A stretch of DNA of 64,000 nucleotides from the NCBI GenBank assembly GCA_002104905.1, contig MCFE01000140.1, forward strand, positions 93,189 to 157,188, given 5' to 3'. Below, piece by piece: positions 13,701 to 25,100 of this stretch (positions are counted from its first letter, which is position 1; every line of letters begins with the position of its first letter). Position numbers and translations under genes: made by a program. This DNA is from Basidiobolus meristosporus CBS 931.73. Taxonomy: Eukaryota; Fungi; Basidiobolomycota. The notes beneath the pieces were generated by a model that worked only from the letters and a program-made list of their open reading frames with translations, did no database searches and was not told the DNA's origin.

Positions 13701-14215
13701 TTTGCGATGGCTTGATTTGGATCGCAAAAAAAAAAGGGTTGTCAGGATCATTACGAATGTGAGCGATTCAAAGCGATTGCATCATCTTCTCCTGGGTTTT
13801 TTTCTCACAGGGATTACTACTGAAGCATTTGGTAGTGACTCACTTTGCACACCTATACTACTTCCTGGCTGACTATCATCTTGGCTACTTGTGTATTTGT
13901 AGTCAGTATTTTGCCTCCTAGTTGATGAGTGCAATGCTGCAGCTTGGCCGCGCTGAATCGCTCTGACTGAACCAACTGAACCAACTGAACCGGCCTGTAG
14001 TGCCACGCGCTGACGCGTTCTTTTACTTGCCAAGGGCTCCGGTGGTTGAGTCACTTCATGTTGGTCATCATCAGTCAGTTCACCAGAAGTAACTTGCTGA
14101 TGGTCAGGCAAAACGGCACGTGCAGGCGCGCCTTGACACGTTGAGATGGCCCTTGGCTGAGTTCAATGTGATGCCGCATGTTGACGCGACTTGGTCCGCT
14201 CCAATGGACTTGTGT

Positions 14216-15052
14216 CTAAATGAGCAGTTTGGCAAGTTCTGGTAGTTTTGCTCTGAAGCGCGCGCGTTGACCCAACACACGTTGACTCAATGTGCGTGAC
14301 TCAACGCGGGGCGTCCTGGTAAAGGGTGTTGGCGTAGTCTGGACTGACGTGCGCCGGCGCGCTGTGGTTGCAAGAGATGGTAGGGAATCCAGCAAGGTGT
14401 GCTGGCGCGATCTGGACGATGTTGCTTGCGGTCTGTATTCTTCCTCCTGAAGCTCACCATCTGATTCCTCAAGGTATTCACTTACCCTCTGTCTGATACT
14501 TTGGAGCTGTTGCCTGGATGAGTGCTGTGTATATTGCTCTTGGAAGCCACTTAGCTCTACTAATATATCACGTAGTACATTAGTCATTTGAGGCAAAAAC
14601 TCATTCAAAATCTCTTTGTTTCCCAAAGTTGAGGCACAAACGGACACGTCCGGCCCGTACTGTGCAAATTGCACGCGAAATTGTTCCTGCACGGCTTCCT
14701 CGTCAAATCCCCTCACTCTCAGCTCATTCTTGATTTCAATACTTGTCTTGTTATATATCTTTTTACATACATCGGCTGGCATCTTGATGTAGAACTCATG
14801 CCACAGCTTTCTACTCAAATTCTTCCATCTTTGTCGACTCTCTGAGGTATCTAGTTCTGCTAGATTAATCAGTAGTGCCCAAATATCTGTATGAAGGCTC
14901 ATCATAGACACTTGGGCCATACTAAAATCATTTGGCGAGAACTTGAACGGAGCCAACATCAACTTTTCCGGTCTGGACCGCACTTGTGAGCTGGGGGATG
15001 GGTTTTGTCTGGGTTGTACTAAAGATGAGTTGAGGCTTGGTATGGGGACCAT
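14216..15052 (-). CDS. PHIS partner protein with a Myb/SANT/MADF-like helix; the C-terminal low-complexity part probably continues into 13782-14111 via a frameshift or intron
   Basis: IWALLINLAELDTSESRQRWKNLSRKLW resembles the W...RWKNL trihelix signature. It is head-to-head with the transposase and conserved in the copy at 58342-60600. Confidence 0.65.
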   Translation of the reverse strand: MVPIPSLNSSLVQPRQNPSPSSQVRSRPEKLMLAPFKFSPNDFSMAQVSMMSLHTDIWALLINLAELDTSESRQRWKNLSRKLWHEFYIKMPADVCKKIYNKTSIEIKNELRVRGFDEEAVQEQFRVQFAQYGPDVSVCASTLGNKEILNEFLPQMTNVLRDILVELSGFQEQYTQHSSRQQLQSIRQRVSEYLEESDGELQEEEYRPQATSSRSRQHTLLDSLPSLATTARRRTSVQTTPTPFTRTPRVESRTLSQRVLGQRARFRAKLPELAKLLI

Positions 15053-15411
15053 AGCAACGGATTTGGATACTTATACAGCAGTATATTGGCATCAACCTGG
15101 TCTTATATGAAATATATATGAAAACTAAAGTGATTGTTGAATTTTCCATATATTATGCATGATGCATCTCGGATCGCGTTGACACGGATCAGATTACATC
15201 AATTGCAGATTTCCTATTTGATTATAGACCTATGATTAAAGCATCAATAAAAGTACCAAGGCATTGTTTGCGGATGATTTTTGCGACATAATAATGGGAT
15301 ACATGGCAATTGATGGAGATTTAACCATAATGTGTTAAAAATCAGATAAATAACGCAGATCGCGCCGAATCAATTCAAACCGCCACCATACGATCATCCA
15401 TCAATTTTAAT

Positions 15412-16296
15412 ATGACTTACTCATCTGAATGGTCTTTTCTCATCAATCCCATCACTACCACTGGATTTCCTTTTGACACACTGGAGGAGATCTATTCCAA
15501 GTACTGTGGACCATCAACCCCAATCTACTCAAGGAGATCCCTTGTTAAGCTTCTCTGCTATTACAAGAACTATTGCCCTACAAGGTTTCATCCCACCATC
15601 CATGGCAACAAAAGTCCTAGAAGCTTTCATTCCCAGCTGACAGCAATGGAGAACCACCTTGCAGAGGGTATGAATGACTTAGAGCAAGCTTGGAATACTA
15701 GGTTCAGAAGCTCCAATAGACTTCCATATCCCAGAGTGTTCAGCAACAGGTTCCATATCAGGAGTATTTTGGATACCTTCCCAGTGAGGATTAACAGACC
15801 TTCTAGAGGGCAGAGGCACTTTTATTCTGGCAAGTACAAGGCACACTGTGTGAAGTTTCAAGCACTGTCTGACATTGAGGGTAACATCATCTGGTTTAGT
15901 GGGCCATTTGCTGGAAGTAGGCATGACAAAGCTCTCTGGGTAGAGAATCATCCTGAATTCAGTAGAGGGGAGAAATGTATGGCAGACTTGGCCTATATAG
16001 GAGAGGATTGTCAGAGATTAGGATGTATTACAGCTTATAGGAAGCCAAGGAATGGTGTGCTTAGCAGGAAGCAGAAGCTCTACAATGAGATATTTAATCA
16101 TTTCAGAGTAAGGGTAGAGCACACATCTGGATATTTGAAGAGATTCAGCATATTGGCAGGTAAATACAGAGGAAAGTCATATATAGGAGAAAACAGCAGA
16201 ATAGGTAAAATAGTTAAGATACTTATCAATGCACAGTATGTTCATACAAGAAGATATCCACTGAGAGAAATGTGTCTGGAGCATTATGAAGAGTAA
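15412..16296 (+). CDS. DDE_Tnp_4 (IS5/Harbinger-type) transposase, 294 aa, intact ORF
   Basis: Motifs ILDTFPVRINRP, FYSGKYKAHCVKFQ, GPFAGSRHD, MADLAYIG and RVRVEHTSGYLKRFSIL. Confidence 0.92.
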   Translation: MTYSSEWSFLINPITTTGFPFDTLEEIYSKYCGPSTPIYSRRSLVKLLCYYKNYCPTRFHPTIHGNKSPRSFHSQLTAMENHLAEGMNDLEQAWNTRFRSSNRLPYPRVFSNRFHIRSILDTFPVRINRPSRGQRHFYSGKYKAHCVKFQALSDIEGNIIWFSGPFAGSRHDKALWVENHPEFSRGEKCMADLAYIGEDCQRLGCITAYRKPRNGVLSRKQKLYNEIFNHFRVRVEHTSGYLKRFSILAGKYRGKSYIGENSRIGKIVKILINAQYVHTRRYPLREMCLEHYEE

Positions 16297-18037
16297 ATAA
16301 AGCAAGGAAAGCACTATTCTGAGCAACATAAGTAAGATTGAGTAAAATTACCAGTAACTGTATCATACCACTGGCATCATGGTAGAAATTATAGTGCCAG
16401 ATGGTGCCGTAGAGTGCCAGATCAATCCGGCACTATAAACTGGCTGGCACTATGTGGCACTATCCAACAGAACAAGTCTAATAATATGGGCTTTTACATG
16501 CCAGTCATTTACTGTTATCCCACTGGAAAGCATACAAAACTCATCCAGCAATGGATATAGGTTGTTATCCAGGTTGGATGGTGACTTAGGCCCAGATACC
16601 AGTGAGACTACCATCAGATTATTGCTTTGATACTGTAAGATGGGCAGCAGACTCAGATTGATGAGAATCAGTGGCTGGCAGGGTTTGCTGGTAGAGTACT
16701 TGTTTAATGAGAGTCCATCAAGTGCCAAGGCAATGGCATAGTAATACATACCTTCAAAGTAGCCCTTGCTTCTTAGCTGTTTGCAATGTTTGCCATTGAT
16801 TATATTGGATATGTTTGCGCTTGATTGATACTGAGTGTGGTACTCTATATCTTAGCAATATTTGTTGGACTGCATCAGCTTCCTCAGACAGGGTATGACC
16901 GGAATATATCTGGAGTGTGAACAGTGTTTTACCTCAATGGTGGTAAATTCCTGACAATTTGGACAGGTTAATTGATAGCATTTTTGGATGTGAATGCCAT
17001 GTAACTGTTGACACATGCTGGAATCAGGACAGTCTCTGGATCATATGTTGCCAGCCACATGGTGGTTGTCCGCTTGTACCATGTATATGGTAAGTTGCAT
17101 CCCAGTATGATTTTGGCAAGAAGTAGTAATAAATCCTCAAAGCCTCCATTACTGATATTAGTGGAAACACGCCACTTCTCTAGCCACAACATTACATCAT
17201 TCATCAGTAGATGGATTGCTGGGCTCACTTGGCTCTATAAAGTATCCTTGGCATTTGTTTCAACAGGTGTTGTCTAATTGCATATAGGGATTTTACTGGG
17301 CTCATATGTGGTACTGTTGTAAGGGGAGATAGGCTGAAAATCCATCAGTGAGCATTCTTTGTCAGAGCTATCACTCTGCCTGCCATATTCAGAATGCTGA
17401 TGTGAGCCTAAAGGTTCCACAAACTCACCTGACACAGTTTGTGTAAGGTGACAAAGATGGCCAGGTGCCAATATAGAATTATCAACTGACTGGCAAGATA
17501 TTGTTGGTATGGTATTGACCAATGAATAGTCAAAAATGACTTGGGTGGCAAAACACTGGTCTTGATCCTTGTAATACTTCCTATGCTGTATGTTTGCTTC
17601 ATGGCTGAGAGGCTTGCCACAATAGCTACATGGTCTTTTTTCTCTTCTCTTACAGTGTTGAGTCAAAGTAGTCTTGTCTATGGGGCAAACAGTTTGACCT
17701 TCAACAATGTAACGCTATTATATCACTTTTTGGTCAATACTCATGTGAACTTAAGACAGTCTTGTATTTGAGACATTGCACCTATATTAATGTAAGATTC
17801 AATGATGACCCACCAAAATAAGCATTATAAATAAAGTTGTGGCACTGCATACACACAAATATGTAACACTATTTCCCCCTTGGTTTGACTCACTTCCTTA
17901 TATATGCTGCCAAAAAATAAAGCAAAGTTGTCTGGTTCCTAACCAAACCCCACCACTGATGGCAACAGACAAATGCTTGGACAACAGCTTGCTTTGACAT
18001 TCAGTGCAACAAGCAGGGCTACATCCAAAAAGGCCCT

Positions 18038-20274
18038 GTGGACAGTGTGCCCATTGAAGGTAATAATGCGGACTCCTCAGGCTCTCAGTCAAGTAGGCAA
18101 CTGAGAACCTCTGCAGAGCCACAAGCTGACCATTATGCTCAGGCAGATGAGAATGTAGCAAATGCAGTACCCTCAGTTGAAGACCAGCAAGTGGCTGTCA
18201 TAACAGCACCACCACCCATGTTAGCAAGTATGTTGTCTGCTCATAACAAAGCATTAGTGAACCAATTAGGTGCAGTGGCTGATAGGATAGATGCAATGGC
18301 CCAGAGAAATAAGGGAATAGTCCAGAAACAGAATGAGCAGATAATATGTGTAGAGCCATGAATATTGCTGGTAGAGAAAGCAGTATCTTTGCTGCAAAGA
18401 AGGAACCCAAGTAGCTCAATGTCACAGCCAAGAATTGAGCCATTTCCCAATGTAACAGCAGAGGAACACTGTACAGTCTTTGATGCACAACAACAGTGCC
18501 CAAAGATGTAGCCCACAGAAAAACCTATCACAGCATGGAGGGAGACAATGTGGTGGTTATACCAAAGCCTAAAAATCAAAAGACCTTGAAATCTGCAAAG
18601 CCATTTTAGTGGTGTCAAAGAGACACCCACTAACAGATGTGCTCATTCCCATATTTTCCACCTCCCTGTTTCTCTACTACACTTATTTTAGTTTTATCAC
18701 ATTTGTCTTACTTGATCAGTACTATCCCATTAGCCGGCTGACTATCACATCAGCTTACCTTATTGCATAAGTTATCCCTTACTTTATGTAAGATTACTAG
18801 CTGTAAGTGCTTTGACATTAGGCAAGTACCCATGCCAATACCTGTGACACATGATCAAACTGTGTCACCATCCCTACCATTTCTATACCATATATGGTAT
18901 CCCTATGTTATGCAGGTTTCAAAGTACTGATTCCTGATTGGTTGGATGTGCTGTGCCCATACCTACTTAGAATTCTCTTAGCTCACTCTGATGTCATTAA
19001 GATTTCTATTGATCTCTAGAACCTTCTGGAGCACCATGATTAGTGATCACTTGGCTTGGATTTAAACAGGCAAACAGAGTTTGGCCAGCATTGGTTTGCT
19101 AAGAAAGTATCTGAAGAGTAGCAGAAGCTGTCAAAGGCAGAAGAATAAGGTTGCCATGGCTAAAAGCCAGTGGCTTCCTCAAGAGCCTGTTACAAGCAGG
19201 GCTGAAAGCTCCAGACAAGCATCAAAGAGACATCAGGTAGCTGGAAGAGTGCCAATTAGGGACAAGCAGGCGGACACAGATGCACCAGGACAACATTTAT
19301 CAAGGACAAAGTGTAGCACCACTCAAGAAGCACTCAGTGAAAGTAGCAGTGAAGGACCTGGCAGTGATAAAAATCAGTGGCTTTTACAGGAGCCTGTCAC
19401 AACTCCAGCTGAGAGCTCAAAACAAGCAGAAAAGAAACCTCAGGCTGTCAGGAGAGTGCCAGAAAGGGACAAGCAGGCCAAAACAAATGTGTCAGAGCAG
19501 AATTCATCAAGGAAAGAATGCAATCTTTACAAGAAGCACTCAGACAAAGTAGCAGTGAAAGACCTTGCAGCAATAAAGGAAAAGGTAAAGGGAAAAATGC
19601 CTACCCAAGCCTGAGACAGGGAGGCATGGAACAAAAACTGTAGCTCTCACCAATCAATGCCGCAAGCCTGGAGCAGACTGAATCACATTATAACTAAGAA
19701 ATTACCAACAAGAAAGCAGCTGTTTTCACAAGAGTTGGAAGCACAGACAGTTGAGCTACACTCCAGCAAGGTAGATGAGTTTACTGAAAAAGGCAATTTG
19801 TCTACCTCAGCCTCCACATCCTCCATTGCTGACACAGTGGAGATCCCACTGACTGCCAAAGCTACAACATCAAGAGCTTGAAAGACTATCACAATGCCTT
19901 AAGTGGAATTTTGGAACATTAATAGGCACACCAAGAGGTTGCAGCACTTCTTCATGAGCAGTGCTCAAGAAAACACACTGGAATATTGCAAGGATTCATT
20001 GCAAAGACTGGCAGATGAGGTGCTAGAACCTGCTGTGCCAGCTGAAGACCAGGACATGTGGGAACCAGTGAATGAGCAGTGGCACAAAGCCATTGGGTTC
20101 CCACTAAAGTCATGGAAGCAGAGCATTACAGCAGAAATACTTATTGAGTGGTGGATTTTAATGGAGTTACTTATTGAGTGTTGGGTTGGGCTTAATGTTA
20201 GTGTAGGGTATAGGGACTTGTATAGGTCGATACAATTGGCAATTGAGGTACAACTGAAGTTTCAACAGAAATAA
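18038..20274 (+). pseudogene. Degenerate CACTA-associated partner ORF (copy B) with a 69-aa tandem repeat, interrupted by a solo LTR fragment
   Basis: ORF pieces 18038-18361, 19081-19614, 19657-19881 and 19903-20274 recur at 30478-33070. The repeat is KSQWLPQEPVT.../KNQWLLQEPVT... Confidence 0.6.
18605..19060. mobile_element. Truncated solo LTR of the TGTAGTGG...CCACCACA family
   Basis: Homologous to the first part of 58722-59792, with left flank CCAT. It sits at the same insertion site as 31041-31709. Confidence 0.8.
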
Positions 20275-20594
20275 ATCAATTTGTATGGATGAAAAGTTAG
20301 AGAAATGGTTAAGTCAGGAAGTAAGGAGTGTGAAAAAGAGGCAATAGCCAATCAATGCACACAAATGTAGGAGGCAATAGAGTGTCCAGGATTAGAAAGT
20401 GAGCAAACTGGCAGGGAACCAATCAAAAGCCACTAATGCATTGTTGTGATGAAAAATTTTGACCAAGTTTTTTGTGAAATCTGGGGTGCAATTATTCTTC
20501 AATGGTCTCTAGACAGTGTCCTGACAGGATCAGTACCTCTTAGTCACAGGACTTTAGCTTTGTGATAGCCTTTTGATGGGATCATCTCATAACT

Positions 20595-21788
20595 TTTCAT
20601 AGGGTACCTCAAGTCAGTCTAAGTATATTCAATGTATACCCAGGATTCTCCAAGTGGTACACTTTCAACCAGCAGCTAGGTTCTATAGTGACAAACATCC
20701 TGTTGGTCAAATGCAACCAAATAAAGAGAACTTGGTGCCATTTTGAGGCCCCGGCTCCCTTACCAGCATATGGCTGGGAGTTTGATGTATACTTCACTAG
20801 GAAAACATCCAGATATCTCATATTCAGTAGGAGTTGTCAGCTAATCTAGCCAGAACAATGGATTTGATCATATTGCAGTAGTTGAGCATATTTTTAGATA
20901 CTTGAAAGGTACTGCTGACATCTGCTCAAGGTTCTCATTTAAGGGCTCAGAGCAGGATCTCTTGGGAAGCTCTGATGCTGATTAGGATCAAAATTTTGAA
21001 GACAAAAGACCTGCCACAAGATACACATTTTTATACTGCAAAGAAGCAATCTCATGGAAGTCAAGAAAGCAACCAACTATAGCACTTTCCATCATATTGG
21101 CAGAGTATATGGCAGTCTATGAGGGTACAAAAGTAGCAATAAGGCCAGTAAAACTGCTTAAAGACTTAGGCTTATATCACAAAGCCCTTACCACTTTGTT
21201 TCAAGATAATCATGGATGCATAAAATAGGTAGAAATCCACCTTTCCATGGCTAAGCTGAGCACATAGATATTAGACATCATACATGTGTAAAGCTATAGA
21301 AAATAGACTTGTTAGTTTAGCTCACTGTCCTACAGATGAGATGATTGCAAACATACTTACCAAGCCATTAACTGGTGGCATGTTTGCATGTCCAGATCAA
21401 AATTAGGACTTGTTAGCACTGGCATTTAGTTAAGTGGGAGTGTTGTTAATATTTGTAGTTGCTCCTGAGTGTTCACCTGACTTAGTCATCTATACCTTTA
21501 CCTACAAATCTGCAAGAGTTCTGACCAGATTCCTTGTTGGAATTCACTTGGAATATCTTGCTAAAACATCAGGTAACCACAACATGAGATCACTCGAAGT
21601 TGCCTAAGCAGCCCTAAACTTTGCTTACATGTGATTGGGACCTTTGCAAGCCTGTTCTCCACATTTGCTTTGCCAAGATCATGCCAAAGTATAAATACCA
21701 CATTTACAACTCTTGTATCATTAAGTGAAACCCACATAAGTTATTTGTTTTCCTGATCACTTCATGTACCTCCAAAGCACTTGAAACA
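20595..21788 (+). mobile_element. 3' remnant of a second copia family: RT/RH relic, PPT 21432-21440, LTR 21441-21788
   Basis: Decayed GSSDAD..Q..EDKRP and KQPTIALS motifs, AAGTGGGAG followed by TGTTGTT, and an LTR ending TTGAAACA. Duplicated at 34400-35574. Confidence 0.85.
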
Positions 21789-21849
21789 TTTTACTTTATC
21801 ATTGCACCTGAGAATTGCCCAAACATACCCATTTGAATTGCCACCTACA

Positions 21850-22140
21850 ATCCTTAGAGAATTCTAACCAAATCCCTTAACAAGATATACAGAGCTTGCA
21901 TCAAGATAAGCAACCCCAGACTTTGTGCACATGTTATTTTGCCATGATCATGCTTGGAAATTCTGGGGCTGTTGGGACAGCTTAGAGACCTTTGATTTTT
22001 TAGGTACCTGACATCTTGGTGAAGAAATTCCAAGCAAATCCTTACAAGCCATCTGGTAAGGCTTCTCTGTGACTTATAGTCAATGATCTGGGTGACCAAG
22101 TTAGGTGTATATTTTGGTGTAATTACAAATCTAACAATAG
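21850..22140. repeat. Juxtaposed diverged copia-LTR fragments (plus ~21850-21940, minus ~21960-22140)
   Basis: Similar by eye to the 349-bp LTR on both strands. Duplicated at ~35640-35925. Confidence 0.6.
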
Positions 22141-22166
22141 ATTCCATGTTGTCTTCATGTTCTTCT

Positions 22167-25100
22167 TGTTGTAAGAGTCTTGGAGATATTGGAAGTGATT
22201 TGGAGAACAAGTAGATTATGTGGTTTTCACTTAATAATTTATTGAATGTAACAGTAGTATTTATACTTTTACCTGGTCTTGGCATTACAAACACGTAGAA
22301 TAGGTTAAGGAAGGTCCCAAGAACATGTGTGCAAAGTTTGGGGCTGTTTGGACAACTTTGAGAATTTTCATGTTCTGGGTACCTGGTATTTTGGTGAAAA
22401 TATTCTAAGTAAATCCCGACAAGGAATTTGGTCAGTATTCTCTAGGATTTGAAGGTGATGATCTAAGTGACTAAGTTAGGTGAATATTTAGGTGGAAATA
22501 CAAATTTTCACAACACTCCTACTCAGCTAAATGTTCATACTGACTAGTCCTAATTTTGACCTAAGATATTCAAACTTGTCTCTAGCTAATAGTTTGGTAA
22601 ATATGTCTGCAATCATTTCATCTGTAGGACAGTAAACTAAGCTAAGTTATTCTCTATAGCTTCTTGTATGAAATGATGTCTAATATCTATGTGCTTGGTT
22701 CTAGCATGAAAAGTTGGATTTCTACCTAATTGTATACATCCTTGATTATCTTGAAATAAAGTAATAGGCGTTTTTTGACATAGGCCTAAATCTGCAAAGA
22801 GCTTTCTTAACCACATTGCTTCTTTTGTAGCTTCACAGGCTGCCATATACTCTGCCTCTGTAGTAGAAAGAGCTACGGTTGGTTGCTTTCTTAAATTCCA
22901 TGAAATTGCTCCTTTACAGTAAAGAAAGGTGTATTCTGTGGTGGATCTTCTGTCTTCCAAATTTTGTCCCCAGTCAGCATCAGAGTATCCCACAAGATCC
23001 TGTTCTGAATTCTTATAAGTGTATCTTAAGCAGATATCAGCAGTTCCTTTTAGGTATCTAAAAATCCGCTTAACTGCTGCAATATGATCAGATCCATAGT
23101 TCTGATTATGTTGGCTTACAACTCCCACTGAATATGAGATATCTGGACGTGTTCCAAGCATGATATACATCAGACTGCCAACCATAGATTGATAAGGAAA
23201 GTCAGGGCTTTCAAATGGCACCAAGCTCTCTTGATTTGGTTGAGTTTTGACCAAGTTAAGGTTTGTCTCCATTGGGGTAGCTGCCGGTTTACAGTCTTCC
23301 ATTTTGTACTTCTTTAGTATATCTTGAATATACTTGGATTGGCTTAGGGTAATAGTCTGGGTACTTCTGTCTATGGAGAACTTAATCCCTAGGTAGTAAC
23401 TAAGCTCTCCTAAATCAGACATCTTGAACTCCTTAGATAGGCTGGATTTAGTCTCTTCCAATGTTTCTAGGTTATTAGCGGCTATAATAAGATCATCCAC
23501 ATATAGAGCTAATAGAACTGGATTTGCTCTATCTGGCTTATAGTATATACTATAGTCAGCATTACTCCTTTTGAAACTCAAAGATTCCAAATAAGAATCT
23601 ATCTTGCAATTCCAGGCTCTTGGTGATTGTTTGAGACCATATAGTGACTTTTTAAGCTTGCAGACCAAATGGGGGTTATCTTGGTCAACAAACCCATCAG
23701 GCTGGTCCATATACACATCCTCATCAAGTTCTCCATTCAAAAATGCAGTTTTTACATCCATTTGATGAATAAAGAACTTATATTTGGCTGCAATAGCCAA
23801 TATTAATCTGATAGAATTAAACTTGGCTACCGGTGCAAAGGTCTCAGTGTAGTTAAGTCCTTTTGTTTGAGAGTATCCTTTGGCTACAAGTCTTGCTTTG
23901 TATCTTTCAATTGTACCATCAGCCTTGTATTTTGTCTTGAAGACCCATCTGCATCCAATTGATTTTTGGTTGATTGGTAATTTGACCAAGTCCCAAGTTT
24001 GATTTTCCATCAGGGCCTGATATTCCTCAGTCATTGCAGATCTCCAAAACTTTGTCTGAGGGCTATTTAGGGCCTCTTTTACAGTCTGGGGTTTATCAAT
24101 ATGGACTTAATAGGCATAGGCTAAGTTTGTTCCCTCATTAATATAGTAATTTGGGCTATTTCTTGTCTGATTTGATCTCTGGGCATTTGATACTGGAATG
24201 ATCACTTCTGGGATATTCCTGGGCACTGATTCTGGCTGAACCACGGTTGTAGAGTCCTCTGGAGTGAAAAAATTATCATTGTTTTGCTCTGATTCAATCC
24301 TGACAATTGGTAGACTTGAGATCAAATTTTTGTCATCATCTGATGTCATTTTTTGTGAAAATTTTGAATTTTCATCAAACAACACATCCCTGGACTTGAT
24401 CAGCTCTTTTGCTTTGGTATTGTAGAGTCTGTATGCCTTACTCTCATTGCAGTAGCCCAAAAAAATGCATTTTACACTTTTTGGCTCAAATTTTGACTGA
24501 TTTCCGGCCAGTTTTTTGGCATATGCTGTACACCCAAATATTCTTAGATGTTCTGCACTTGGTCTATATCCAAACCATGCTTCAAATGGAGTAGAATCAC
24601 AAAGTATTCTGTTATAACTCCTATTTTTAAGGTATACAGCAGTGGCAACTGATTCTGCCCAAAAATCATAGGATAATTTTTGATCATGGATCATAGATCT
24701 TGCCATATCAATTATTGATCTGTTAGCTTGTTCTGCTACTCCATTTTGCTGTGGGGAGTATGGTACAGTAGTCTCTTGCTTTATCCCATGAATTTTGCAG
24801 AAGTGGATGAAGAGTTTGAGGTATATTCTCCACCATTGTCAGAGCGTATTTTCTTGATTTTTTCACCAGTTTCTCTCTCCACCATGGCTTTAAACTCCCT
24901 GAGCTTAGACAGAGCTTCTTCCTTTCTCTCCATGAAGTAGACCCATGTGTATCTTGTATATTCATCAATAACAGTGATTAAATACTTCATCCCGCCTAAG
25001 GATAAATTTTGCATAGGTCCACACAGATCTGAGTGAGTTAGATATAGTTTTTTCTTAGTTCTGATTAACCCTGAGCTCTTGAACAGTTGTCTGGCTTGTT

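Larger units (their letters stand above)
13038..16469. mobile_element. PIF/Harbinger-superfamily (PHIS) DNA transposon, structurally complete, 3432 bp, TSD AAT
   Basis: TIRs AGACTTGTTC...GAACAAGTCT. AAT lies on both sides (13035-37, 16470-72), and the paralogous empty site at ~4920-4933 has one AAT. It carries two divergent ORFs (DDE transposase and a Myb/MADF-like protein) and clustered GTGCCA/TGGCAC subterminal motifs. Confidence 0.92.
11140..17670 (-). mobile_element. CACTA-like transposase remnant, copy B, interrupted by the PHIS element at 13038-16469
   Basis: The N-terminal CSYC..H..H cluster (17274-17666), ETVLIPACVNS and ALDGLSL..S..PLILINLSL..SLVSGPKSP motifs are present. The reading continues across the PHIS insertion, and there are many stops. 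Confidence 0.8.
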
